DNA from: a virus
Taxonomy: Duplodnaviria; Caudoviricetes
Virus record (IMG/VR): IMGVR_UViG_3300037067_004608
Coordinates: 59,840-123,839 of that record
DNA length: 64,000 bases
Strand: one strand, 5' to 3'
Part shown: positions 45,425 to 55,126 of the stretch, piece after piece
Layout: every line of letters starts with the position of its first letter
Position numbering within the stretch: position 1 is the stretch's first letter
Notes under the pieces: generated by a model
What the model saw: the letters and a program-made list of their open reading frames with translations, nothing else
Databases searched by the model: none
What the model was told of the DNA's origin: nothing
Position numbers and translations under genes: made by a program

Positions 45425-46278
45425 TATTCATACCTCAGCGCCAGACTTTTTGCTCCGCCGTTTCCATTAACATTACCAATTGACCCAGCCATAGTCTTAA
45501 ATGTGTGACTTGCTCCAAGTATTGTAAGTGTAACATCTGTTTCTGCTGCAATATCAGCAGTAAAATATACACAAGCCCCAAGACTTGGATTATCAGCATA
45601 TCCTCTGTTTACAAATATTGGAAATAATCCAATATCACTACCATATGTTCCAGCACCAGAATATGGACAAGCACAGCAAAGAGCACTAGAAGCTAACACT
45701 GCTGGAAATCCTATTCCCTTATTTGGAAAATACTGCTGATAATTTCCAGATGTTCGTATGCCAACAGAATCTATACCATCAGCAGTATCTGCTCCACTTG
45801 CATTTTTTGTTCTTTCCACATAGAACATAAATATATATGATGAATTAACAAATAATGCAAAACTAACTCTATTTGATGCACCACTAATATATCCATTATA
45901 TGCCGTTGTGCTACTTGATGAATTAGTAAGCTCAAATGCAGTAGTAGTTTCTCCAACAAAGTTTCCTGCGCCATCAGTTGCTCTGCCAATCTGTATCTTT
46001 AGAGCACAGTTATTTGCTGATCCACTTGCTGATCCAAAGCTAAACTTAACAATGATAGGATTAGTAGATTGCAAAGCATCTGAGAAGGCTCTTATCTCAT
46101 ATCCCTGATACGTGCTAACTGCTGGAGGTTTTGCAACAGTTGCCCAATCTATTTGCCCTGTATCTGCAGTTTTTGTAAATCCAACTGCAGTCATTGCATC
46201 AGATAACTTCTTTCCCCAATCACGGAAATAAGCATCAGAACTATTTGATGGAGAGCAACTTATTGATTGGGTTGCCAT
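45424..46278 (-). CDS. Virion protein paralog 2 of 3
   Basis: FRDWG..LSDAMTAVGFTKTADTGQIDW; ends LRYE. Confidence 0.75.
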   Translation of the reverse strand: MATQSISCSPSNSSDAYFRDWGKKLSDAMTAVGFTKTADTGQIDWATVAKPPAVSTYQGYEIRAFSDALQSTNPIIVKFSFGSASGSANNCALKIQIGRATDGAGNFVGETTTAFELTNSSSSTTAYNGYISGASNRVSFALFVNSSYIFMFYVERTKNASGADTADGIDSVGIRTSGNYQQYFPNKGIGFPAVLASSALCCACPYSGAGTYGSDIGLFPIFVNRGYADNPSLGACVYFTADIAAETDVTLTILGASHTFKTMAGSIGNVNGNGGAKSLALRYE

Positions 46279-47138
46279 TATTCATACCTCAAAGCAACAC
46301 AGATTGTTCCTGTGCCATTACCATTAATTGTTCCTGTTAAAACATGACATATAACATAGTCATGATTAACACCAAATATAGATACAGTTATAATAGACCC
46401 AACAGAACCAACAACTGCTGAATCGTATACAATAGCTGCAAGATTTGGATTTGCTATATATCCAATATTTGTATATACTGGAAATAATCCAAGTTTACCA
46501 GCGTATGAAATAGTTCCAGAATATGGATAAAGGCAAGGAAGTCCTGCTACTGCAGTTATTGGGAATTGTAGTCCTTTCTGTGGAAAGAAAACTTGATACA
46601 ACGAAGAACCTGTCTTACAGCACAGATCAATACCATCATCTGTATTAGCTCCTGAATCATCTTTAATCCTTTCTATCCAAAAAGAAAAAGAATAAGTTGA
46701 TGAATCAGCAAAAAGAGCAGCTTCTATTCTATCTGTAGATCCACTAACAAAGCAAGGTTGTGATGATGTTCCTTGAGAACCTTTATAAGCCTGAATAGCA
46801 GAAGTCACTTCACCTACAAAGTTTCCTGCACCATCTGTAGCTCTACCTACAGTTACACGAATACCAGGATATGTAGCTGATCCTGCACCTGAACCGTATT
46901 CAATTTTTACTATAACAGGATTTGTAGATTGTAAAGCATCTGAAAACGCTCTTATCTCATATCCTTGGAATGTTGATGCAGTAGCAGGTTTTGCAACAGT
47001 TGTCCAATCTATCTGACCTGTGTCTGCTGTTTTTGTAAAACCAACAGCTGTCATTGCATCTGACAGCCCTTTACCCCATAACCGGAAATCAGCATCAGCA
47101 GTATTATTTGACGCAGCCCAAAAAATAGATTTAGACAT
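46278..47138 (-). CDS. Virion protein paralog 1 of 3
   Basis: Likely start MSKSIFW at 47138; ends LRYE. Confidence 0.75.
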   Translation of the reverse strand: MSKSIFWAASNNTADADFRLWGKGLSDAMTAVGFTKTADTGQIDWTTVAKPATASTFQGYEIRAFSDALQSTNPVIVKIEYGSGAGSATYPGIRVTVGRATDGAGNFVGEVTSAIQAYKGSQGTSSQPCFVSGSTDRIEAALFADSSTYSFSFWIERIKDDSGANTDDGIDLCCKTGSSLYQVFFPQKGLQFPITAVAGLPCLYPYSGTISYAGKLGLFPVYTNIGYIANPNLAAIVYDSAVVGSVGSIITVSIFGVNHDYVICHVLTGTINGNGTGTICVALRYE

Positions 47139-47139
47139 A

Positions 47140-47889
47140 TTATCCCTCAAATCTAACAAACGTAAGAGTAACAATAACAGAGCCAGTTGCAGCATCAAGA
47201 TTAGTAACTGTTGCACACACAGTATCTAATACTGCATAATCAGCACTAAAGACTAGAGCAGCAGGAGCGAGATTGAGAGATAAGTTATCCGCTGTAGTTA
47301 TACACTCAAGGAGAACCCCGTGCTCACCTACTGGATCTTCGGTTTGTGCTCTTCCAGCATCTGCTGCCTGTGCTTCAACAGATGAGTAAACTCTTACCCA
47401 AGCTGGTTTATTAGTTGCTAGTTTTAGAACTGCACAGCATTTACCACAATCAAATAGTTTTGTAGAATCTGATGTCCCATATGCAAGTGATGACGTTGTT
47501 ATTGTATCTGTATTTCTAGGAGAACCGATACTACTTGTCCCAGGTGGATCTTGTGCTCTCCATTTACCAGATGCATCATTGTATGTTAGAAGTTGACCAT
47601 CATCAGGAGTTGGGACTTCAACATCAGAAAGGTCATCAAGCGCTGACACTGGAGCAGCTTGATCTTGTGCAGTCCATTTACCAGATGGTGTATCATATGC
47701 AAGAACTTGGTCATTTGTTGGAGATGGAACATTTACATCAGTAAGTTCTGAGAGGGCTGACGCTCCAGATTCTATAAGTGGACCGTTTCCATCTGTTCCA
47801 TCGTGCGTATGACCAGTTGTACCATCAAATGGTTCATCTTCAATCTGAGTTTTTCTGATTTTAGTTTCTGCCATTATGAACCAACCCAA
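47140..47889 (-). CDS. Tail fibre-like protein
   Basis: HTHDG plus two ALxxLxDVxVPxPxxxQxLxYxxxSGKW repeats. Confidence 0.7.
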   Translation of the reverse strand: MGWFIMAETKIRKTQIEDEPFDGTTGHTHDGTDGNGPLIESGASALSELTDVNVPSPTNDQVLAYDTPSGKWTAQDQAAPVSALDDLSDVEVPTPDDGQLLTYNDASGKWRAQDPPGTSSIGSPRNTDTITTSSLAYGTSDSTKLFDCGKCCAVLKLATNKPAWVRVYSSVEAQAADAGRAQTEDPVGEHGVLLECITTADNLSLNLAPAALVFSADYAVLDTVCATVTNLDAATGSVIVTLTFVRFEG

Positions 47890-48431
47890 CTAGTTGTATA
47901 TTCAACTATGAATCTATCTCCTGCTATACCATTAACCATAATAGATGATCCAGATATGGTAAAGTCATATCCTGCACCTTCGTATAATCTAATACCATTT
48001 TTCCACACCTTAGCTGATATGATAGGATGAGGGACATCTACCTGAGTTACTGTTGTACCAGGAATATACTGAACTGTATACCAAGGCTTTAGCAGTAGAA
48101 GCTGATCTTCTACTGCATCAACTCTTGGTATCAATAGTATCATGAAATCATCAAGATTATCAGATCGTTCTGCACCAGTAGCAAACTCTGTATCCTGAGT
48201 TGGAGGACTTGTGCTATAGTCAACTCCAATTTCTGAATCAGCAGAAGATACAGGATTCGTTTCAGGAGATAAATCTGGATTATCAGCAAGCTGTGTAATT
48301 ACTATTTGACTCTTAGATAGATTGGAAACTTCTTCTTTTACACTAAGTAAACCAGAAGAAATTAGCTTCTTCTCCATCTGAGTATCTATTGAATCATGTA
48401 GAGTCTGTCTTGGACGCCCAATTATTCTCAT
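47874..48431 (-). CDS. Hypothetical tail protein
   Basis: C-term VWKNGIRL..G.DFTISG beta domain. Confidence 0.6.
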   Translation of the reverse strand: MRIIGRPRQTLHDSIDTQMEKKLISSGLLSVKEEVSNLSKSQIVITQLADNPDLSPETNPVSSADSEIGVDYSTSPPTQDTEFATGAERSDNLDDFMILLIPRVDAVEDQLLLLKPWYTVQYIPGTTVTQVDVPHPIISAKVWKNGIRLYEGAGYDFTISGSSIMVNGIAGDRFIVEYTTSWVGS

Positions 48432-48447
48432 ATCTTATGCATCCATA

Positions 48448-51400
48448 TCAACTTCCTGTTAGCTCTCTATATGGAACTAACCGAGCATTGACCTCTCCAC
48501 CACGTTTATGACTAATTTCCTCTATAACATATAACATACCATTTACCTTATCTGTAGATAGAATTGAGTTTTTATATCTAACAGTGTGTCCTATCTGCGC
48601 ATAAGGATTTATGTCTCCTACTGCAAGAGGATCATATAGTCTATACACCTCACGAAGAACATTTAGAGCATAAGCCTGAGCTTCATCCAAGTTTGTTAAA
48701 TATGGATTCTTGTCAGATATGTTAAGTGCTCTTACTCTATATTTATCCATAAGAATCTGATCAGCTGCAGTATTAAATGGAGGAGTAGTCCCAAGAATTG
48801 CACTAGCATAAACAGGTTCGGTAGCAGCTATTCCTTCTGCTATTATATTGTAAACTATGCAAGCAACAGAATAAGAATAAGCAGCTGTGTGGCTCCACCT
48901 TTTTCTCTCATTTATAGGAGCAGGAACATCAAGATGGAATCGTATATATTTTACACTAGGAAGATTTGGATCAGCATCTTGTGTAAAATCAAAACTCTTT
49001 ATATCCCTCATATCATTTGTTCCAGAAACCTTGCTCAAAGCACTTACCCAAGGAGAACCAGGAGCTTCTGCTCTAACTGATATGCTATATGTACAAGGAT
49101 ATATTCCATGTCCAGATACTCTTGCTGATATCCTATACAGCTTAATCTCCTGTGGCAAGGTTATAAAGAAAAGATCACGATCTGTTAATGCTGGTGTATT
49201 ACCATCTCCAGGCATTGGCTTTGTTCTCGTATCTCCACTTGGTCTACCCTTCCCACTTCCAAAGTGCCAGAATCCACAAGAAGTTAGACTCTGATCTATA
49301 GCAAAATCAGGATCATATATCCCGCCACAAGTTGCAACCATATCATCTTGATCATATGTGTATCCATTTCCAGGATTATAATCATAGTCTACTTTCAAAT
49401 CTTCTTCTGGTGATCCAGGATTAACATATCCTGAATGACACAAAGTAGCACCATTCATAGATTTTGCCCAATCAATCAAAGAATCTCTTCCTGTATCCTC
49501 AGATAACTTTACATTGACTTGGGTGTATATCTGAGAGTCGTCTCTTTCACGAGAGACACTGAAATCATTTATTATCTCATAAGCAGCAGTGGCTTGCTGT
49601 GTAATATATGCAGTATCTACATCTCCATGCTCATTTATCTGTAGATAATAATTTGGAGGAGCAAACTTGCCCAACCACTCATCTATAACTTCAAGGTGAT
49701 TCTTATTATCCCATATTCTTACAATATTGGTGTCATTGTCTGAAGGCAATACGACCAGTTCCTTACCAGCAAATCTATGAAGCTCTATAGCAGAAGATGG
49801 AGCAACTACACATCTAGCTCTCATCCAGAATCCAGCAGGGTCAGTTGTTACTGGAACGTCACCATCAAGAGTGTGTAAATCAACTACAGACCAAGTCTGC
49901 AAATCTGCCTCATTGAAAGCAACAATTCCATTTGATTCAAAAGTGGATGCTGAATCATCTTGATCATATGCCCATCTACTATCTTGCCAGCACCTTCTAA
50001 GCCAATTATCAAGATATTCTTCCTTCTCTGTCCAAGTAGCAAAAGTATACGCTTCAGACGGAATAGGATTAACAGCAACCCAAGAAGAACCATTGTAAAC
50101 TTCCCATACAATAGTTCCTCCAACTCCTACTGTTCTAAGATTCATATATAGATGTGTAAATCTATGATTCAGATTTGATAGCATAAAATATAGCATTTCT
50201 CCAGGGGCTACCATAACTACCATATCAGGATCATAGCTTTTTGGCGTATCAGTTTCCTGCTGAACTTTTGGATCTCCAATTGTTCCTGTTATATCTACAT
50301 ATTCCATAGGACCACCATAAGTTCGTCCTGTGTATATATAGTTATAAACTCTATCAAAAACAAAGTCTGTCAGAACAGGAAGACAGTTTTTGATATAATT
50401 AACAGCAGATGAATCAACATGCTGATATCCTGCATCTTGAAGAACTTCATTTATTACTTGGTGTAGAGCATTGCAATCTTCAGAATCATCAACAGGAGTT
50501 TTCCATCTTGTATAAGTAGCATAAATGTGTGCTGGAGATCCAAATCCACCTTCTGCTACAGAGGTATTATATGCTTGTGTGCTCATATACAATGCTCCTT
50601 CTCCATAAACAACAAAGAGCACACCATCCTTTAATGTAAATGCAGACTTGTTATTTTGAGCATCATAAGTATATATACCAGGAGGTATGTTTTGGTTCCA
50701 GTTATACGAGTATTCTCCATTAGAAAGAAGATGCTTATAAATCCTAAAATCTCCTGTAGATTCAACAAGCGTTAATTCACACTCAGCAACCTCAACAAGT
50801 CCTGCTTCCCATTTTCCTGAACACGCAGTAAGTAGACCATACTTAGCACAACTTCTAGCTGTAATTCTCATAGAAGGAATTGAAGATTCTACATCCTCAG
50901 GATCAGAGTCAATTACAAAAGTCCCCTTCTTGATAAAGCAGTTTTGAGTTGTAACTCCACTTACTCTTTCATATATTACTATCACATCCATTGGATTCCA
51001 ATAGTTTGTGTACAGACCAGACTCATCATCTATTACATCAAGAGTTAAAGTATCAGCTAGATCAGATCTACTCTGTTCAATAGCATACTCAACAACAAGA
51101 TCAGTAACATCTATATAATTCTTGAGTCTCGGTATCCCTGTAGCAAGAGTATAAGAAGGAACTTGTCCACTAGAAGCTAGAGTATAATCTGCCTTGAATA
51201 CTCTAAACTCTGATGCAAGCGGGTTCTCAGTTAATGGCTGAATGAGTTTAACATAGTTGTCTGTAGTCTGCATAATCAACTGAGGATTGCGACGATCATC
51301 ATCATCTGTATCATTACATCTAGTTGATCTAAATTGCTGCTCTGTGTCTAATTCTGTTGCGACAAACATAAACCCATAATAAGGTCTTATTCCTGCTATT

Positions 51401-52233
51401 GCTTCCTTAATAGCAAGTCGTAGCTCACTTATTGATTGTCCAACATAACTTACCCATCCTGCTCCATCAACTGTAAACTCTAATAAAGGATCAACATCTT
51501 TATCACCACCAGGAGTTGTCCAAGCAATCCCAGTCTTACGATTATTCCATGTTACTTGATCTTGATCCCAATCAGAAGTAACCCAATACACTGCTATATT
51601 TACATTAGTAGCTGCAAGGAGAGAATGGAACTCAAACCAAACATCATCAAGGTCCCACTTAGCGTCATATTTATCGAGAGGGAACATTATGAGGCTTCTC
51701 TTCTCAGCGGTTCCAGCAGCATCAAGACTGATTTTAAGCACCTCTGGATCAGAAACACCATAAGCTGTTGTTGGTGCTGAACTTGATATATAGGCACTTT
51801 CTAATCTTGGATACGGCTGTGTGAACATTGTTGAAAACCTCTCGTTTTCCAAATCATGCCCGACAAAGTCAACTATCGGACTCTCTATCTGCATCTCAGT
51901 ATGTAGATCAAGAATATATCTAACATACTCAACTTTATCCTCGTAGTCATATATTGTTCCATATGTGAAATCAGACCACACATCAGAGTCTTCAAGCTGA
52001 AGCTCTACATGAATTTGATAAGTGCTACCAGTCTGATATGCCTCAATGACTATCTCTCTAAAAAGCAAATCCCATTCACTAACATCCCATGGGATTTTCA
52101 TTGGCCTAGATATAAATTGTGTGTCCTGTTCAGTCACAGGTATTGGAAGTTGCGGGAGAGTGTATCCTAACCACTCAGCATCCCCAACAGTTCCTACTGA
52201 ATCTACCCAAGTATTTGACTGAGGGACTGCCAT
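48448..52233 (-). CDS. Large tail/baseplate hub-like protein with DNRLRE-like domain
   Basis: RSLIMF..W...VTWNN.....WTTPGGD; C-term hub-like IGHTV...YVIEEISH; position after distal-tail genes. Confidence 0.65.
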   Translation of the reverse strand: MAVPQSNTWVDSVGTVGDAEWLGYTLPQLPIPVTEQDTQFISRPMKIPWDVSEWDLLFREIVIEAYQTGSTYQIHVELQLEDSDVWSDFTYGTIYDYEDKVEYVRYILDLHTEMQIESPIVDFVGHDLENERFSTMFTQPYPRLESAYISSSAPTTAYGVSDPEVLKISLDAAGTAEKRSLIMFPLDKYDAKWDLDDVWFEFHSLLAATNVNIAVYWVTSDWDQDQVTWNNRKTGIAWTTPGGDKDVDPLLEFTVDGAGWVSYVGQSISELRLAIKEAIAGIRPYYGFMFVATELDTEQQFRSTRCNDTDDDDRRNPQLIMQTTDNYVKLIQPLTENPLASEFRVFKADYTLASSGQVPSYTLATGIPRLKNYIDVTDLVVEYAIEQSRSDLADTLTLDVIDDESGLYTNYWNPMDVIVIYERVSGVTTQNCFIKKGTFVIDSDPEDVESSIPSMRITARSCAKYGLLTACSGKWEAGLVEVAECELTLVESTGDFRIYKHLLSNGEYSYNWNQNIPPGIYTYDAQNNKSAFTLKDGVLFVVYGEGALYMSTQAYNTSVAEGGFGSPAHIYATYTRWKTPVDDSEDCNALHQVINEVLQDAGYQHVDSSAVNYIKNCLPVLTDFVFDRVYNYIYTGRTYGGPMEYVDITGTIGDPKVQQETDTPKSYDPDMVVMVAPGEMLYFMLSNLNHRFTHLYMNLRTVGVGGTIVWEVYNGSSWVAVNPIPSEAYTFATWTEKEEYLDNWLRRCWQDSRWAYDQDDSASTFESNGIVAFNEADLQTWSVVDLHTLDGDVPVTTDPAGFWMRARCVVAPSSAIELHRFAGKELVVLPSDNDTNIVRIWDNKNHLEVIDEWLGKFAPPNYYLQINEHGDVDTAYITQQATAAYEIINDFSVSRERDDSQIYTQVNVKLSEDTGRDSLIDWAKSMNGATLCHSGYVNPGSPEEDLKVDYDYNPGNGYTYDQDDMVATCGGIYDPDFAIDQSLTSCGFWHFGSGKGRPSGDTRTKPMPGDGNTPALTDRDLFFITLPQEIKLYRISARVSGHGIYPCTYSISVRAEAPGSPWVSALSKVSGTNDMRDIKSFDFTQDADPNLPSVKYIRFHLDVPAPINERKRWSHTAAYSYSVACIVYNIIAEGIAATEPVYASAILGTTPPFNTAADQILMDKYRVRALNISDKNPYLTNLDEAQAYALNVLREVYRLYDPLAVGDINPYAQIGHTVRYKNSILSTDKVNGMLYVIEEISHKRGGEVNARLVPYRELTGS

Positions 52234-53228
52234 TACAACCTCGACAAAGTTATTCTAACTGTTAAATCTAGCTGTTTTGTGTCGTCTTTTGCTATTACAG
52301 CATTGAAAGTGTGACGAGCCATCAAAACACTATTTGATGAATGGCATACCTCTCCTATATTACCATTTCCCTGATAACTCATAAATGAATAAAGACCATC
52401 CCTATAAAAGTCTGGAGGACCAGAGACTCCTGCACTAAACACAACAGATTCACTTGTCCCTAAATTACTTCCTTGGATTGCAGTCTGCGTTGGTGCAGGA
52501 TCAACATTACTTGTTCCAGCTGTTAAATATCGAGAAGAAGTATTCCACCACTCAGAACCAGTAGCTGTCGATCTTACTGCAGTTTGTAGTCCATCATTTA
52601 GAATTATTCCTTTGACGGTCCTTCCATCAAGAGTAACAGAATATGGAGTATCAGATGTTCTCTGTATAGTTGTTTTACATAGTACAGTGAGAATATCTGA
52701 TGATGTTTTTGTAACAGTTATTGGATTTCCAGCTTCATCCCTGAACAGGTTCCTGCTCCAAAGAACTCCTCCACTAGATGATTCACAAAGAGCAACTTCC
52801 TTTAAGTCACCATTACCTTCAGAAGTCCCCCATTGAGCACCAGCAATAAAATACGGAGCAGATGCAGTAGCAAAACTATATGTAGAAAGTGTAGAATTAT
52901 ATATCTTTCTTGAAATTTCAGCTCCCAAAGTTGTATCAGTTGTTGCTGGTGCTGTATTAGATGTTCCTATTGCAATATACTTAAACAATGTTGGAGCACT
53001 GTAATACATAAAGTTTGATGAAGACACAAGTCTCCTGTTCAGCCCTGCATCTAATATTGTATTCTTGTGCCATGGGAGATGTAGTTTTACCCTTCCTGTC
53101 TTAGCATCAGTCAGAGTAACTTGCCACTCTGACTTAAATCCTATACCGAAGTTAATGACAGGACGGTTATCTGGCAAGTACAGACCAGACCTTCGTCTGG
53201 TGAATTCACATTGTTGTTTGAAGTCCAT
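52233..53228 (-). CDS. Virion protein with internal duplication
   Basis: ILDAGL..IAIGTSNTAP..T and ILNDGL..LTAGTSNVDP..T halves. Confidence 0.65.
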   Translation of the reverse strand: MDFKQQCEFTRRRSGLYLPDNRPVINFGIGFKSEWQVTLTDAKTGRVKLHLPWHKNTILDAGLNRRLVSSSNFMYYSAPTLFKYIAIGTSNTAPATTDTTLGAEISRKIYNSTLSTYSFATASAPYFIAGAQWGTSEGNGDLKEVALCESSSGGVLWSRNLFRDEAGNPITVTKTSSDILTVLCKTTIQRTSDTPYSVTLDGRTVKGIILNDGLQTAVRSTATGSEWWNTSSRYLTAGTSNVDPAPTQTAIQGSNLGTSESVVFSAGVSGPPDFYRDGLYSFMSYQGNGNIGEVCHSSNSVLMARHTFNAVIAKDDTKQLDLTVRITLSRL

Positions 53229-54244
53229 GTTATTGCACTTATCTCCCCTTCTATATATAGAACAGGTTCACTTATTGTATAGACATCTCCACCTGCCCAA
53301 GTTATCTGGTTAATTTGCGACATAACTAGTAAAGTGTCAAATGTATCATATTCATTGTTAACTATCCATCCTATCATAGATAAATATAAATCTGTAGTAA
53401 GAACTTCATCAATTATATACTCAAGAATAGTTATCCATGATATATTAGAAATAGCATGTGATGGATAAAGAACTTCATTACTTGTTATAGACCTTGGCCA
53501 GTTATTGCTACGAACATAGTAAAGTCCATATCTTCCCTTAATTCTCTTTGATATACACAATACTATAGCCGCAGATTCCCATTCTTCAGTTCCACCAACT
53601 ACAAATGCATCATCAATATATAGCTCACCAGTAAGTCCTGTTATTACTATTGTGTTTTCTGTATCCCATACAGTAGTATAAGGAGGAGCACTTCTTGCTC
53701 TCCAGCATAGAACATCATCAGACCTCTTGTAAAATATAAGCAAATCCTGGTCTCTATCTGATAATACTACTGGACACCTTCCATTTGTTACCTTCTGTAT
53801 GAATGGAGTTACGACAATACCAATTAGTCTTTCATCATAAACCCAAACTTCAGAAGAAAGCTCAGTTGGCCAATATTCATATCCTATACAAATATTACCC
53901 TGAGCATCTATTGTTATAAAAGGGTTCCTTATTTTACCAGTGTGACTCTCTGGAACAAGAGAAACAGCCCAAGTAGATTCCCAATCAGAATCATCAGCAA
54001 GAGCAATCCCTGCTTTTAGTATACCATTTTCATCAACAAAAGTCCCATATATTCTTCCAGTAACAGGTGATGCTGCCATACGAGGTTGAGTTCTTATTAC
54101 AGCATCTGTTTTTTCAATGTATCCCTCATTTGTCTGACCAAGACTTTTATTGAAATGATATATCCTCTCATCATCAATAGGATTAGTGAACTTCACATTA
54201 TACCTCTTTGAGTATGATGACAGGAGTAAATCTAGGCTCAGCAA
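53141..54244 (-). CDS. Beta-propeller-like tail protein with C-terminal ~23-aa Trp repeats (start uncertain)
   Basis: Repeats ISNISW / LSMIGW / INQITW / ISAITW. Confidence 0.6.
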   Translation of the reverse strand: MLSLDLLLSSYSKRYNVKFTNPIDDERIYHFNKSLGQTNEGYIEKTDAVIRTQPRMAASPVTGRIYGTFVDENGILKAGIALADDSDWESTWAVSLVPESHTGKIRNPFITIDAQGNICIGYEYWPTELSSEVWVYDERLIGIVVTPFIQKVTNGRCPVVLSDRDQDLLIFYKRSDDVLCWRARSAPPYTTVWDTENTIVITGLTGELYIDDAFVVGGTEEWESAAIVLCISKRIKGRYGLYYVRSNNWPRSITSNEVLYPSHAISNISWITILEYIIDEVLTTDLYLSMIGWIVNNEYDTFDTLLVMSQINQITWAGGDVYTISEPVLYIEGEISAITWTSNNNVNSPDEGLVCTCQITVLSLTSV

Positions 54245-54851
54245 ATCTTTGGCCAGTTACAGGTCTTGGATCACAATTAAGAATTGCTACTTTTGGCCTC
54301 CAAACAAAATGCATAGCAACCTTATCGTTGTTATCTAACTCTGTGGTAAATGATATTTTCCCATCTTCATAATCTATTGTAAATCCTGTAGTGACAAGAG
54401 CATCATTTACCCACACTTTTGTCAGTGATGCATCATCATTAGACAGATTTCTATAAGGAGTGAAATAATCATAATAAGATGCATCTCCCTTTGGCCAGCA
54501 TTCAACAGCTCCAGAAGATGATGCCTTTACTGAATCGTATTTTGCATCAAATTGCCAAAGACGCAAGTATATAGTCTGTCCAAAATATCTTGTGAAGGTA
54601 TTAAGAATATCAACACCTTCTTTTTTCATCTTAGAATAAGCCAGCTGCATCTTATGATAGCGAATAAGTCTTGGATCACCATATTTCTTCCGGTATACAA
54701 CTTTATCTTCAAAGTTGTTAGTCTTGTATTCTGTATATTCTGGCTGTCCTTCAAGCAGTGTGAACTCAACAGGATTGTTTGATAAGTATTTATCAACTTC
54801 TGTAGCAGAATAATATGGATTAGATGAGAATATCCACGATGCTCTTGCCAT
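54198..54851 (-). CDS. Distal tail protein candidate (DUF2460-like)
   Basis: VWVND....FTIDYEDGKISF; follows tape measure. Confidence 0.6.
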   Translation of the reverse strand: MARASWIFSSNPYYSATEVDKYLSNNPVEFTLLEGQPEYTEYKTNNFEDKVVYRKKYGDPRLIRYHKMQLAYSKMKKEGVDILNTFTRYFGQTIYLRLWQFDAKYDSVKASSSGAVECWPKGDASYYDYFTPYRNLSNDDASLTKVWVNDALVTTGFTIDYEDGKISFTTELDNNDKVAMHFVWRPKVAILNCDPRPVTGQRFAEPRFTPVIILKEV

Positions 54852-54858
54852 ATCTTAC

Positions 54859-54987
54859 CTACCTTGTTCCTGAGTTTCTAACTGCTACTTTATATGTTGA
54901 GAGTTCACCTGGTGGAAGTTTCTTTTTCATCTTGCCACCGATAATAACTCTTGACTTCTGATTTACTATTACTACCTTCTTTTTCAC
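54859..54987 (-). CDS. Small basic protein, 42 aa (not in ORF track)
   Basis: AAGGAAGG RBS, GTG start, MKKKVVIVNQKSRVIIGGKMKKKLPPGELSTYKVAVRNSGTR. Confidence 0.45.
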   Translation of the reverse strand: MKKKVVIVNQKSRVIIGGKMKKKLPPGELSTYKVAVRNSGTR

Positions 54988-55086
54988 TATATAACCTTCC
55001 TTTTAGAAGAAGTAAACTATAATAGACGTATTCCACGTATCTAGGATAAGTGAATCTAATAGGATAGTATCTAATCCTAATAAGAA

Positions 55087-55126
55087 CCCGTCTAGGAATC
55101 TACGCTCTGCATTCGCGTGAATTCAC
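55087..55126 (-). repeat. Dispersed element copy 6
   Basis: Reverse strand reads GTGAATTCACGCGAATGCA-N13-TAGACGGG, abutting the tape-measure stop. Confidence 0.9.

Noticed and set aside
44561-47138. Diversity-generating retroelement targets
   Set aside because: No reverse transcriptase or adenine-specific template/variable repeat pair in the window.
53200-53209. GTGAATTCAC palindrome as another element copy
   Set aside because: Only the 10-bp core, inside coding sequence, with no GCGAWTGCA tail, TAGACGGG box or island composition.
1137-55126. Dispersed repeats as a CRISPR array or IS ends
   Set aside because: Copies are kilobases apart, with no spacers, cas genes, transposase or target duplications.
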